Positions 10,434-19,593 of a DNA stretch of 64,000 nt are shown one piece after another (position 1 is the first letter of the stretch; every line of letters starts with the position of its first letter). This stretch comes from Candidatus Omnitrophota bacterium. Its GTDB lineage: Bacteria; Omnitrophota; Gorgyraeia; Zapsychrales; Zapsychraceae. Both the position numbers and the translations under genes were made by a program. The notes under the pieces are model-generated. The model worked only from the letters and a program-made list of their open reading frames with translations. It was not told the DNA's origin and did not search any database. The stretch spans positions 105,386 through 169,385 of the forward strand of contig JADFXT010000001.1 in assembly GCA_015233405.1 (NCBI GenBank). The letters are read 5' to 3'.

Positions 10434-10447
10434 AGGAGGCTTTCCCC

Positions 10448-11620
10448 TTGGCTCTCAAAGTCAATAGACGCATAAAAGACGTAGAAGGTTCTTCCACCCT
10501 GGCCATCACAGCAAGAGCTAATGAATTAAAAGCCCAAGGATGTGATGTCGTTAATTTTGGCGCCGGAGAGCCTGATTTTGATACGCCAGTTCCCATCAAG
10601 AAGGCTGCCATAAAAGCCATCGAAGATGGTTTTACGAAATACACGCCCACCATCGGAACTATCAAACTTCGGGAAGCCATCTCGAAGAAATTCAAAAAAG
10701 ATAACAATCTCGATTATACGGTCAAGCAGATCGCTGTTTCCTGCGGGGCCAAACATACGATTTTTAATGTCGTCCAGGTTTTAGCGGATGAAGGGGAAGA
10801 GGTCTTGATCCCTTCACCATACTGGGTCAGTTATCCGGAAATGGTGAAGATCGCAGGTGCCACATCCAAATTTCTTCCGACAACAGCTAAGACAAATTTT
10901 AAGATAACGGCCAAGCAACTTTCCGAAAGCGTTACATCCAAAACAAAGATCCTTATTCTTAATTCTCCGTCGAATCCGACCGGAATGTTATATGATAAAG
11001 ATGAATTGAAAGCCATTGCAGACATCTGCGTTAAGAACCATATTTATGTGATCAGCGACGAGATCTATGAGAAATTGATTTATGAAACAGATTCTTATGT
11101 CTCCTTCGCGTCATTGGGCAAAGAGGTCTATGATTTAACGATCACCGTTAATGGTATGTCCAAAGCTTATGCCATGACGGGATGGCGCATCGGTTATTGC
11201 GGGGCATCCGAAGAGATCATTGGTTATGTCAATCGCTTTCAAGATCATTCCACATCTAATCCGACGTCGATCAGCCAAGTCGCGGCCATGGCCGCGTTAA
11301 ATGAGCCCGAGGATGCCATTATCGCGATGCGTAGTGAATTTAAGAAACGCCGGGACATCATGATGGCGGCTTTGGATAAGATCGACGGTGTGACCTATAC
11401 GAAACCGGACGGCGCTTTTTATTTGTTCGCTGACTTTTCCAAATTCGGTGAGTCATTCGATTTGGCGAAAAGGATCCTCAATGATGTGAATGTCGCGGTC
11501 ATTCCAGGAGAAGGCTTTGGCGCTCCGGGTTTTATGCGTTTTAGTTTTGCGACTTCCGCGGAGAGGGTTCAAGAAGGCATGAAAAGAATTGCGGAATGGC
11601 TTAAGAAAAACAGTAAATAA
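10448..11620 (+). CDS. class I pyridoxal-phosphate aminotransferase (aspartate aminotransferase-like)
   Basis: 390 aa, TTG start. Motifs NSPSNPTG and SKAYAMTGWRIGY (PLP lysine) are typical of AspC/AAT family I. Confidence 0.9.
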   Translation: MALKVNRRIKDVEGSSTLAITARANELKAQGCDVVNFGAGEPDFDTPVPIKKAAIKAIEDGFTKYTPTIGTIKLREAISKKFKKDNNLDYTVKQIAVSCGAKHTIFNVVQVLADEGEEVLIPSPYWVSYPEMVKIAGATSKFLPTTAKTNFKITAKQLSESVTSKTKILILNSPSNPTGMLYDKDELKAIADICVKNHIYVISDEIYEKLIYETDSYVSFASLGKEVYDLTITVNGMSKAYAMTGWRIGYCGASEEIIGYVNRFQDHSTSNPTSISQVAAMAALNEPEDAIIAMRSEFKKRRDIMMAALDKIDGVTYTKPDGAFYLFADFSKFGESFDLAKRILNDVNVAVIPGEGFGAPGFMRFSFATSAERVQEGMKRIAEWLKKNSK

Positions 11621-11638
11621 TCAACGGGGGAAACAACT

Positions 11639-12712
11639 ATGGTTACTATCAAAGATCTTCTAAACCTGTGCGTTGAACATGCCGCTTCTGATCTTCATTT
11701 AACCCAAAATACCCCGCCTGTTTTGCGTATCGACGGAAAACTTGTGATCTTCGAACAATATGGCCTTTTGCAAAAAGAGCAATTAAAGAAAAGTATTTAT
11801 AGCTTTTTGAATGAAAGACAAATAGAGAAATTTGAAGCGGATAGAGAGCTGGATTTTTCTCTAGCACTGGAAGGCATGCCGCGGTTTCGTGTCAATGTCC
11901 ATATCCAGCGCAGCAGCGTCGAGGCGGCGTTTCGATTGATCCCGACGCATATCCCGGCCCCGAATGAATTAGGATTGCCCCCGACGGTATTAGATTTTGC
12001 GCGTAAACCAAGCGGACTTATCCTGATCACTGGTCCGACCGGAACCGGTAAAACGACAACCCTAGCGTCTTTGATCGATTTGATTAACGGGGAACGAGCC
12101 TGTATGATCATGTGCATCGAAGATCCGATTGAATATATTCATTCCAATAAAAAATCTATTATCAAACAACGCGAAGTTTATAGCGACACGAAATCGTTTG
12201 CCGAGGCGTTAAAACGATGTTTACGTCAGGACCCGGATGTCATTGTCGTCGGCGAGATGAGAGATTTGGAAACGATTTCAACGGCATTGACCGCTGCGGA
12301 AACCGGCCACTTGGTTTTAGCCACGCTCCATACGCCCGATGCCGCTCAGACCGTTGAACGTATTATCGATGTTTTTCCGCCTTATCAGCAACAGCAGGTG
12401 CGTTTGCAATTATCCGCTTGTCTTCAGGGAATCGTTTCCCAGATATTGCTTCCCCGCGCTTCCGGAAAAGGCCGCGTGATGGCTTCTGAAGTTTTAGTCG
12501 CGACTCCTGCCATCAGAAATTTGATACGGGAGAAAGCTGTCGAGCAAATTCCGACGACCATTCAAACCGGCGGCCAGTTTGGTATGCATACGATGGACAT
12601 GTCTTTAAAGAATCTTTATCAGAAAAAAATCATCACGTATGAAGAAGCCATCGCCCAAGCCAAGAATATCCAAGAGTTCAAACAATTATTAGAACATAGC
12701 CAGAAGTTCTAA
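11639..12712 (+). CDS. pilT: type IV pilus retraction ATPase PilT family
   Basis: 357 aa; Walker A GPTGTGKTTT, DPDVIVVGEMRD, and a PilT-type His box (ATLHT). No pilB/pilC nearby. Confidence 0.88.
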   Translation: MVTIKDLLNLCVEHAASDLHLTQNTPPVLRIDGKLVIFEQYGLLQKEQLKKSIYSFLNERQIEKFEADRELDFSLALEGMPRFRVNVHIQRSSVEAAFRLIPTHIPAPNELGLPPTVLDFARKPSGLILITGPTGTGKTTTLASLIDLINGERACMIMCIEDPIEYIHSNKKSIIKQREVYSDTKSFAEALKRCLRQDPDVIVVGEMRDLETISTALTAAETGHLVLATLHTPDAAQTVERIIDVFPPYQQQQVRLQLSACLQGIVSQILLPRASGKGRVMASEVLVATPAIRNLIREKAVEQIPTTIQTGGQFGMHTMDMSLKNLYQKKIITYEEAIAQAKNIQEFKQLLEHSQKF

Positions 12713-12732
12713 GAAAAAAACAGACTCCTTCC

Positions 12733-13944
12733 ATGACCAATAAAATCATTGAGACAGCCCAAGAAAAGTTTGCATTGTTAATTGAAGAACAATTGCGCCG
12801 TATAGAAAAAATGAAGCAAGATACGGGATGGGTTGACTATGCCGCTCTTTCTCCTATTATTATTGGAGTATGTTTTGGCGATGGCATCGGCGAATTTATT
12901 TCCAAGCAGGCTGAGCGCGTTTTACGCCATACGCTTCAAGAAGAGGTCAAAAAAGGAAAGATCCAGTTTAAAGATATTGCGGGCTTGACCATTGAAAATC
13001 GCGTTAAACATAATAAGGCTATTCCCGACGACGTTTTGGAAGAACTTAAAAGTTGCCATGTTATCTTAAAAGGCCCGACCACAACGCCTCAGGTGGGAGA
13101 CCCTTGGCCGAATATTGAAAGCGCCAATGTGTCGATGCGACGCTATTTGGATCTTTTCGCCAATGTTCGACCTGTGAAAATCCCTCAAGATAATATTGAT
13201 TGGTGTTTTTTCCGAGAGAATACAGAAGGCGCTTATATCTTAGGCTCCAAAGGATTTGATGTCACCGAAGACTTAAGTATTGATTTTAAAGTGATTACCG
13301 AACAAGGCAGCGAGCGCATTATCCGTATGGCCTTTGAATATGCGAAAAAGAATCACAAACGCCGCGTGACCGTCGTGACCAAATCGAATGTGATTAAAAC
13401 AACTGATGGACGATTTTCGCGCGTGGCCAAACGGATCGCTAAGGAATATCCTGGCATTACTTGTGATGAATGGTATGTGGATATTATGTCGGCGAAACTT
13501 ATTGATCCTGCCCGGCGTCATGAATTTGAGGTGATCGTGCTTCCGAATCTTTATGGAGACATCTTAACTGATGAAGCGGCTCAACTTCAGGGCGGCGTGG
13601 GCACGGCCGGCAGCGCCAATATTGGAAAAAAGTGGGCAATGTTTGAGGCTATCCATGGAAGCGCTCCGCGCATGGTCAAGGAAGGCCGCGCACAATTTGC
13701 CGATCCGTCTTCGATGATCCGTGCTAGTGCGATGTTGCTCAGGCATATTGGCTTTCCCAAAGAAGCTCTTAAAGTGGATATGGCCTTAGAGATGTGTGGT
13801 CAATTTGAGAAGAAGAAAGTCATTACAGGGCGGGAAAACGGAGCAACCGGAATAGAATATACAGAATATTTATTATCTTGGCTTGACCGTCCAGATCTTG
13901 CAGAAAAATGGGAGAATGAAGTAGAGAAGTTAAAAAGGCAATAG
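12733..13944 (+). CDS. isocitrate/isopropylmalate dehydrogenase family protein (probable isocitrate dehydrogenase)
   Basis: 403 aa; NVSMRRYLDLFANVRP, NLYGDILTD, FEAIHGSAP resemble the beta-decarboxylating dehydrogenase family, most closely the ICDH layout. Confidence 0.8.
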   Translation: MTNKIIETAQEKFALLIEEQLRRIEKMKQDTGWVDYAALSPIIIGVCFGDGIGEFISKQAERVLRHTLQEEVKKGKIQFKDIAGLTIENRVKHNKAIPDDVLEELKSCHVILKGPTTTPQVGDPWPNIESANVSMRRYLDLFANVRPVKIPQDNIDWCFFRENTEGAYILGSKGFDVTEDLSIDFKVITEQGSERIIRMAFEYAKKNHKRRVTVVTKSNVIKTTDGRFSRVAKRIAKEYPGITCDEWYVDIMSAKLIDPARRHEFEVIVLPNLYGDILTDEAAQLQGGVGTAGSANIGKKWAMFEAIHGSAPRMVKEGRAQFADPSSMIRASAMLLRHIGFPKEALKVDMALEMCGQFEKKKVITGRENGATGIEYTEYLLSWLDRPDLAEKWENEVEKLKRQ

Positions 13945-13969
13945 ACCTTTTTGCTTATTTTAATATAAT

Positions 13970-14005
13970 AGCCTCGTTCCTTTTTTTTGGTTCGAGGCTT
14001 TTTAA
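13970..14005 (+). terminator. rho-independent terminator candidate after the IDH-family gene
   Basis: Stem AGCCTCG (13970-13976) pairs with CGAGGCT (13993-13999) and is followed by TTTTTAAT. Confidence 0.55.
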
Positions 14006-14009
14006 TCCC

Positions 14010-14200
14010 AAATTTTGCATTACAATCAATAGCGCGACGATTAGGCGCGCATAAAAAGATGCAATGCAAAATTTGCCTTCGGTTGCGGTTTACCGCAAGG
14101 ATTAACCCCGCACGTCTCGGCTTCGCCGAGACATTGCGGCCCTTTGGGCGTATTTTGCTTTGGCCTGCCAGGCGGCAGGATAAGCAAAATCCGGGTTAAT
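14010..14200. other. cluster of nested GC-rich hairpins: candidate structured RNA or palindromic repeat element
   Basis: 12-bp inverted repeat AAATTTTGCATT (14010-14021) with 14063-14074. Hairpin TTGCGG-TTTA-CCGCAA at 14083-14098. A 100-nt closed multi-stem unit at 14101-14200 (P1 ATTAACCC/GGGTTAAT plus three internal hairpins). Confidence 0.4.
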
Positions 14201-14241
14201 TTATCTTAAATCCCTGCCAAAACAATATAAGAAATCCGATC

Positions 14242-14892
14242 ATGGAAAATAAGAATAAAATTCAGTGCATTGACCTTGGCCTTATTGAATACCGGAAGGC
14301 TTATGAGCTTCAAAAATGTTATGTTCAAGACGCGATTACCCGAGGGCAGAATTTTTTGCTGATCTGCGAGCATCCGGCGGTCTTGACCTTGGGGCGTTTA
14401 ACAAATCCCAAACATATTTTAGTATCACAAAAGCTTTTAGAAGAAAAAGGGATCCCCATGATTGCCATAGACCGTGGCGGTGATGTCACCCTTCATGCCC
14501 CGGGACAGTTGGTGATTTATCCGATCCTCTGCCTTCAATATTTCGGGAAAGATTTGAAAAAATATTTGTGGCAATTAGAACAAGTTGCCATTGATTTATT
14601 AGGTGATTTTGATATAGTGGCTAATAGACTCGAGGGGAAAACCGGGGTTTGGGCCCAAGAAAAAAAGATTGCTTCCATTGGGATCGGCGTGCGCAAGTGG
14701 GTGACATTCCACGGGATAGGGATTAATATCAATACGGATTTAGATTTGTTTTCTTTGATTAAGCCCTGCGGACTGGATGTTTCCATGACGTCTTTATCCA
14801 GGATCAAGAATAAATCCATAAAAATGCAAGATGTAAAAATAAAACTGCTCGATGTTTTTCAAGCTGTTTTTAATGTTTCCCAAGGAATTTGA
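14242..14892 (+). CDS. lipB: octanoyltransferase (lipoyl(octanoyl) transferase) LipB
   Basis: 216 aa; CEHPAVLTLGR, DRGGDVTLHAPGQLV, KIASIGIGVRKWVTFHG are LipB signatures. Confidence 0.9.
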   Translation: MENKNKIQCIDLGLIEYRKAYELQKCYVQDAITRGQNFLLICEHPAVLTLGRLTNPKHILVSQKLLEEKGIPMIAIDRGGDVTLHAPGQLVIYPILCLQYFGKDLKKYLWQLEQVAIDLLGDFDIVANRLEGKTGVWAQEKKIASIGIGVRKWVTFHGIGININTDLDLFSLIKPCGLDVSMTSLSRIKNKSIKMQDVKIKLLDVFQAVFNVSQGI

Positions 14893-15125
14893 AGATGAAG
14901 AACATTGTTTTACCGGATTTAGGTGAAGGAATAGAAAAAGGCACGGTGTCCTTATCGTATGTCAAGGAAGGGGATATTGTCAAAGAAGGGGATGATATCG
15001 TCGAGCTTGTGACAGATAAGGCGGCATTTAATGTCCCGACGGAATATGCGGGGCGCATCCAAAGTCTTAAAGTTAAACAGGGACAGGAAGTCAAGATCGG
15101 TGACGTCCTGGCCGTTTTAGAATAG
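14889..15125 (+). CDS. stand-alone lipoyl-attachment domain protein
   Basis: 78 aa; LPDLGEGIEKG...ELVTDKAAFNVPTEYAGRI matches the E2-type lipoyl domain with the target Lys in DKA. ATGA overlap with lipB. Confidence 0.85.
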   Translation: MKMKNIVLPDLGEGIEKGTVSLSYVKEGDIVKEGDDIVELVTDKAAFNVPTEYAGRIQSLKVKQGQEVKIGDVLAVLE

Positions 15126-15133
15126 TTTTATTT

Positions 15134-16288
15134 ATGATGATGACAGATAAGCAAAAGAAAAAACGTGTTTTGTTAATGTATATCACCCGTGTTTCTGGCC
15201 ATCGTCAGGCTACGGTCGCGATTCAAAAATCTCTGAAGGAATTGCAACCCAATCTCGAAGCCCCCACCATAAACGGATTTGGCCATACCTACCCTATCGT
15301 CGAGAATATTGTCAATAGAGCCTACATGAGCGTGATCAAGCGTACTCCGAAAATCTGGGATTATTTGTACGATAATCCTAAAGTGATCAAACAGACCCAG
15401 TTGATCAAGAGCTATGTCTATAAGAGCAGCGAGAAGAAAATAGGCCAGTTATTGGCGCGGTATAAACCGGATGCGGTGGTGTGTACGCAGGCTTTTCCCT
15501 GCGGGATGGTCGCCCATTATAAAAGAACGCATCACTTGAATATTAAGCTCATTGGCGTTTTGACTGATTTTGCTCCTCATGGATTTTGGATCAATGAAGG
15601 CGTGGATTATTATATTGTCCCATCCCAGGATTCCAAAGAACGTTTTATGACCAAAGGTGTTCCGGAAAATTCTATAAAGGTTTATGGGATTCCTATTCAA
15701 CCAAAATTTGCGCTTCGACCCGATAAAAAGATAATCGCGCAGAATTTGGGATTAGATCCCCATGTCCCGACGATTCTGATCATGGGCGGAGGGCAAGGAT
15801 TAGGACCCATTAAATTGATTTTGAAATCTCTTATTAAAATAGATTTTAATTTTCAGACGATTATCTTGGCCGGGACCAACAAGAAAATCGTTAAGGGACT
15901 GAAAAAGATAGCAGATAAAACGGATAAAAAGATCCTGATCTTTGAATTCGCCCGCAATGTCGATGAGCTCATGGAATTGGCGTCCTTGATTATTACCAAA
16001 ACCGGAGGAATGACGACGGCAGAATGTTTGACCAAAGGGCTTCCGATGGTGATCGTCAACCCTATTCCGGGCCAGGAAATGCGCAACGCGGATTTTCTCG
16101 TCAATAAAGGGATCGCAATTCGTGTGAATGATTTAAATGACGTCGAGGAAGAGATAGAATTTTTGTTAAAATCCCCGGAAAGGCTTTTGGCCATGCGCCA
16201 GGCCGCTTATGAAAATGCCAAGCCTCATGCGGCCTTAGATATCGCAAAATTGATATTAAATGATCTAGAAAATTCTCCCCATGTTTAA
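15134..16288 (+). CDS. MGDG-synthase/UgtP-like diacylglycerol glycosyltransferase (GT28)
   Basis: 384 aa; N-terminal MGDG_synth-like region (SGHRQA) and a C-terminal GT28 motif (ITKTGGMTTAECL). Confidence 0.82.
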   Translation: MMMTDKQKKKRVLLMYITRVSGHRQATVAIQKSLKELQPNLEAPTINGFGHTYPIVENIVNRAYMSVIKRTPKIWDYLYDNPKVIKQTQLIKSYVYKSSEKKIGQLLARYKPDAVVCTQAFPCGMVAHYKRTHHLNIKLIGVLTDFAPHGFWINEGVDYYIVPSQDSKERFMTKGVPENSIKVYGIPIQPKFALRPDKKIIAQNLGLDPHVPTILIMGGGQGLGPIKLILKSLIKIDFNFQTIILAGTNKKIVKGLKKIADKTDKKILIFEFARNVDELMELASLIITKTGGMTTAECLTKGLPMVIVNPIPGQEMRNADFLVNKGIAIRVNDLNDVEEEIEFLLKSPERLLAMRQAAYENAKPHAALDIAKLILNDLENSPHV

Positions 16289-17135
16289 ATATTTCCTTTA
16301 TAAGATAGGACAATTTTTAGCCAGCCGATTTCCTTTAAAGGTGTCTTATCGAATAGGTGTTTTCCTCTCTGACATGCAGTATGTTTTTTCTTTCCGGGAT
16401 CGTCGGTCCGTAAAAAATAATCTGAAAAAGATCGCACATCTTAACGGCAAGATCGATGAATCCACGCGGCAGGTCTTTCGTAATTTTGGGATTTATTTGA
16501 CGGAATTTTTGCGGATGGATAAATTGGTGACGGACGATTTTATTCGTGATAGAGTAAAATTGCAGAATGTCGAAGCGGTCCATGAAGCGTTGAAGCACGG
16601 AAAAGGCGGGATTATTTTATCCGCTCACATCGGCAACTGGGAAATGGGCGGAGCGGTCATCGCCCGGCTAGGATTTCCTTTTATGGCGGTGGCTTTGCCG
16701 CACAAAGACCGGCCCGTCAATGATCTTTTTAATTATCAGAGGGAAGTGCACGGCGTTATCGTTGTTCCGGCGAACATCGCGGTCAGACGATGCATTGAAC
16801 AATTAAGGTCGAATAAGTTGGTGGCGTTAGTCGGCGATAGGGATTTTGGCCAGCATGGAGAAGTGTTAGATTTCTTAGGCGGCAAGGCGGTCATTCCTAA
16901 AGGTCCGGCGATCTTCTCTGCGAAAACAGGTGCGCCGGCGATCCCGTCTTTCTTTATCCGAAATCCGGACAACACGTTTACGTTCCATTTTTCTGATCCC
17001 ATATATCCGCCTTCGAATATGATGAACCAGGAAGATATTTTAAATCTCATGAAGAAACATGTTGCCGCAATCGAAGATATCATTCATCGATATCCGACGC
17101 AGTGGCTCATGTTTCGGGAGTTTGACGTCAAATGA
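16281..17135 (+). CDS. LpxL/HtrB-family lipid acyltransferase
   Basis: 284 aa; HIGNWEMGG catalytic motif and overall lauroyl-acyltransferase layout. Confidence 0.82.
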   Translation: MFKYFLYKIGQFLASRFPLKVSYRIGVFLSDMQYVFSFRDRRSVKNNLKKIAHLNGKIDESTRQVFRNFGIYLTEFLRMDKLVTDDFIRDRVKLQNVEAVHEALKHGKGGIILSAHIGNWEMGGAVIARLGFPFMAVALPHKDRPVNDLFNYQREVHGVIVVPANIAVRRCIEQLRSNKLVALVGDRDFGQHGEVLDFLGGKAVIPKGPAIFSAKTGAPAIPSFFIRNPDNTFTFHFSDPIYPPSNMMNQEDILNLMKKHVAAIEDIIHRYPTQWLMFREFDVK

Positions 17136-17797
17136 ACATTTGTATTTTGATCCCGGTCCATAATGAAGCGAGAACCATCGCAGAGATTGTGCGCCGGTTA
17201 AAGCAGCTAAAATATTCTGTGCTTGTCGTGGACGACGGCTCAAAAGACAATTCGGGGTCCATGGCCGAAGGTCAAGGAGCAGAAGTCCTGCGTAATGACG
17301 GCCAGAAGGGAAAAGGGGCTTCTTTGCGCCGTGGGTTTGCTTATGCCTTAGAGAAAAACTATGACGGCGTGATTATGATGGACGGCGATGGGCAGCATAA
17401 TATTGGCGACATCCCGAAATTTATTGAAGAAGCCAAACGTTATCCTAAGGTCATTGTGGTGGGAAACCGGATGACGAATGCCAAAGGCATGCCGTTTGTG
17501 CGGTATTTGACGAACCGGTTTATGTCATTATTGATTTCTTCGGCCTGCTGGCAATATATTCCCGATACGCAATGCGGGTATCGGTATATCAGCCCTAGCG
17601 CCCTAAAGGAATTGAAATTGTCGTCGGACAGCTTTGAGATCGAAACGGAAATTCTCATGAAGGCCAGAAAAAAGAAAATCAAGATCAGCTCTGTCCCGAT
17701 TGAAACGATTTATGAGGATGAAAAAAGCAAGATCAATCCCTTGATTGATACGCTGCGGTTTTTTATCTACTTTATTAAAGAATTGTTTTCTTTTTAA
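17132..17797 (+). CDS. family 2 glycosyltransferase
   Basis: 221 aa; IPVHNEA, VVDDGSKDN, MDGDGQH are GT2 (DPM1-like) motifs. Confidence 0.85.
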   Translation: MNICILIPVHNEARTIAEIVRRLKQLKYSVLVVDDGSKDNSGSMAEGQGAEVLRNDGQKGKGASLRRGFAYALEKNYDGVIMMDGDGQHNIGDIPKFIEEAKRYPKVIVVGNRMTNAKGMPFVRYLTNRFMSLLISSACWQYIPDTQCGYRYISPSALKELKLSSDSFEIETEILMKARKKKIKISSVPIETIYEDEKSKINPLIDTLRFFIYFIKELFSF

Positions 17798-17828
17798 GTT
17801 CTAACCTCCCTTTCCAGGATTAACATTT

Positions 17829-18551
17829 ATGGATGATAAACGATTGACCTACGCGCTTTTGATTTCCTTTTTTCTTCATTGCGCCATTATTGCGGGTCTG
17901 TCCTTTTCCCGATCAAAATTGCTTCAGGAACCTGTCAAGCCGATGGAAGTCACATATACTCGTGTTAAATCCATCGTCAGAAAACCGCAAGACCCGCGGT
18001 ATAATCTGTCAAAAATCGTCGAGAAAGAAAAAGGCCGCCTTAAGGTGAAGGCTTTTATAAAAGGAGCGGGGAAGGGATTTGAGGCGCTGTCTCAACAGAA
18101 AAGTTCCCTGCCGTCTTTTCAGGAAAGAATAAAAGATACAGCGAAATTAGGAGGCAACATTAAGTCTGACGGTCGATATCTCTCTAAGCTGCCGATACTT
18201 AAATCCGAGAAGAAAATCGATGTCCCATTCCTTAAGTCTGAGAAAATCACCAATGTCAAATATATCAGTTATAACGAAAATATTAGGCAGAAAATTCGCC
18301 AAGAGGCTTATAAATATGCTGACCATCCTGATTTTCAATCCGGTGAAGTTTATTTGACGTTTATTTTGACGGCGGACGGCATGCTCAAAGATGTCAAAAT
18401 CATTGAAGATAAAACCCGCGCGAATCCATATTTGCGCAATGTTGGGTTAAAGAGTGTGCGGGAAGCCAATCCGTTTCCGGCCTTCCCGAGAGATCTCAAT
18501 TATCCGGAATTAACTTTTAATGTTGTGATTTCGTTTGAAGTGAAAGAATAA
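17829..18551 (+). CDS. TonB C-terminal domain protein
   Basis: N-terminal TM helix and a C-terminal GEVYLTFILTADGMLKDVKI...NPFPAFP TonB_C-like domain. Confidence 0.72.
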   Translation: MDDKRLTYALLISFFLHCAIIAGLSFSRSKLLQEPVKPMEVTYTRVKSIVRKPQDPRYNLSKIVEKEKGRLKVKAFIKGAGKGFEALSQQKSSLPSFQERIKDTAKLGGNIKSDGRYLSKLPILKSEKKIDVPFLKSEKITNVKYISYNENIRQKIRQEAYKYADHPDFQSGEVYLTFILTADGMLKDVKIIEDKTRANPYLRNVGLKSVREANPFPAFPRDLNYPELTFNVVISFEVKE

Positions 18552-18643
18552 CCTTCATATCGAAAAGCTTGTTTCGTTGACAATAACGGTTTTAAATGAT
18601 AGTCTAAAACAAACTTTTTTTGGCTTTTTAAAAAGGATTTTTT

Positions 18644-18946
18644 ATGACAGAAGAAAATAAGGAATTAGGGGAAGAAACGTTAAGTTTTTTAAATTATATT
18701 GCCAGTTTGGCATTCCAAGCCATGATTTTTTTAGGGGAAGTGCCGAGTCCCATCACCAATCAGGTCGAGAAAAATGTTGTTCAGGCCAAGCTTTTGATTG
18801 ATACGCTTTCCATGCTCAAAGAGAAGACCGCCGGCAATCTTACCGACGAGGAAGATAATCTGTTAAACGGTGTTTTGTATGAGCTTCATTTGAAATATGT
18901 GGATGTCAGCCAGAAAGAACAAGGGAAGATCATCACAGAATTATGA
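18644..18946 (+). CDS. DUF1844-like protein
   Basis: 100 aa; the pattern FLNYIASLAFQAMIFLGEVP...LLIDTLSMLKEKTAGNL resembles DUF1844 as I recall it. Confidence 0.65.
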   Translation: MTEENKELGEETLSFLNYIASLAFQAMIFLGEVPSPITNQVEKNVVQAKLLIDTLSMLKEKTAGNLTDEEDNLLNGVLYELHLKYVDVSQKEQGKIITEL

Positions 18947-19110
18947 TTGAGCAAAAGCTTTTAGATATTTTATTGTGTCCCGCCTGCCAGGGGGATGTTA
19001 AAGAAGAAAATGCAAAGATTGTCTGCCTCAAATGCGGCAGGAAATATCCTATAAAAAATGGCATACCCGTTTTGCTCATCGATGAATCTGAAAAATCAGC
19101 AAAGGCTTAA
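18943..19110 (+). CDS. Trm112/YcaR-like zinc-ribbon protein
   Basis: Not in the track (55 aa). Hand translation [19 protein letters not shown]...[21 protein letters not shown] fits the Trm112 family. ATGA overlap with the upstream gene. Confidence 0.75.
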   Translation: MIEQKLLDILLCPACQGDVKEENAKIVCLKCGRKYPIKNGIPVLLIDESEKSAKA

Positions 19111-19124
19111 AGAGGAGGCAAACA

Positions 19125-19562
19125 TTGAATAAGATTCTGGTAATTCATGGCCCCAATTTAAATCTGTTAGGGCAAAGAGAACAAAGCGTTTATGGGAAAA
19201 CAACCCTAGAGGAAATCAACAATCTTCTGACCAAGATCGCTCAAGAAAACAATGTTTCCCTCGAGATATTCCAGTCCAATCATGAAGGCGAGATCGTCGA
19301 CAAGATCGGCAAAGTGAAATTGTCCAATATCCAAGCCATTCTTATCAATCCTGCCGCATATACCCACACAAGCATTGCTATCCGCGATGCGGTTGCGGCG
19401 GTTGATATTCCTACGGTAGAAGTCCATTTGTCTAACATCTATGCACGAGAGGACTTTCGCCACACGTCTGTCATTGCTCCTGTTTGTAAAGGCCAAATCA
19501 GCGGCTTTGGGGTCAATAGCTATATTTTAGGCCTGAACGCAACCATCCAATTATTAAAATAA
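19125..19562 (+). CDS. aroQ: type II 3-dehydroquinate dehydratase
   Basis: 145 aa, TTG start; [33 protein letters not shown]. Confidence 0.93.
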   Translation: MNKILVIHGPNLNLLGQREQSVYGKTTLEEINNLLTKIAQENNVSLEIFQSNHEGEIVDKIGKVKLSNIQAILINPAAYTHTSIAIRDAVAAVDIPTVEVHLSNIYAREDFRHTSVIAPVCKGQISGFGVNSYILGLNATIQLLK

Positions 19563-19593
19563 TCATCGAAAAGTAATTTTTTATTCTTTTATT

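Noticed and set aside
13987-14199. 70-aa plus-strand ORF (MVRGFLIPNF...RRQDKQNPG) in the spacer before lipB
   Set aside because: It lies entirely within the hairpin and palindrome cluster and has no RBS. Its Arg/Pro/Gly-rich sequence is what GC-rich palindromes give when translated, so it is most likely spurious.
18552-18643. Possible promoter TTGACA-17-TAGTCT upstream of the DUF1844-like gene
   Set aside because: The -10 hexamer matches only 3 of 6 positions, which is not strong enough to report as a feature.
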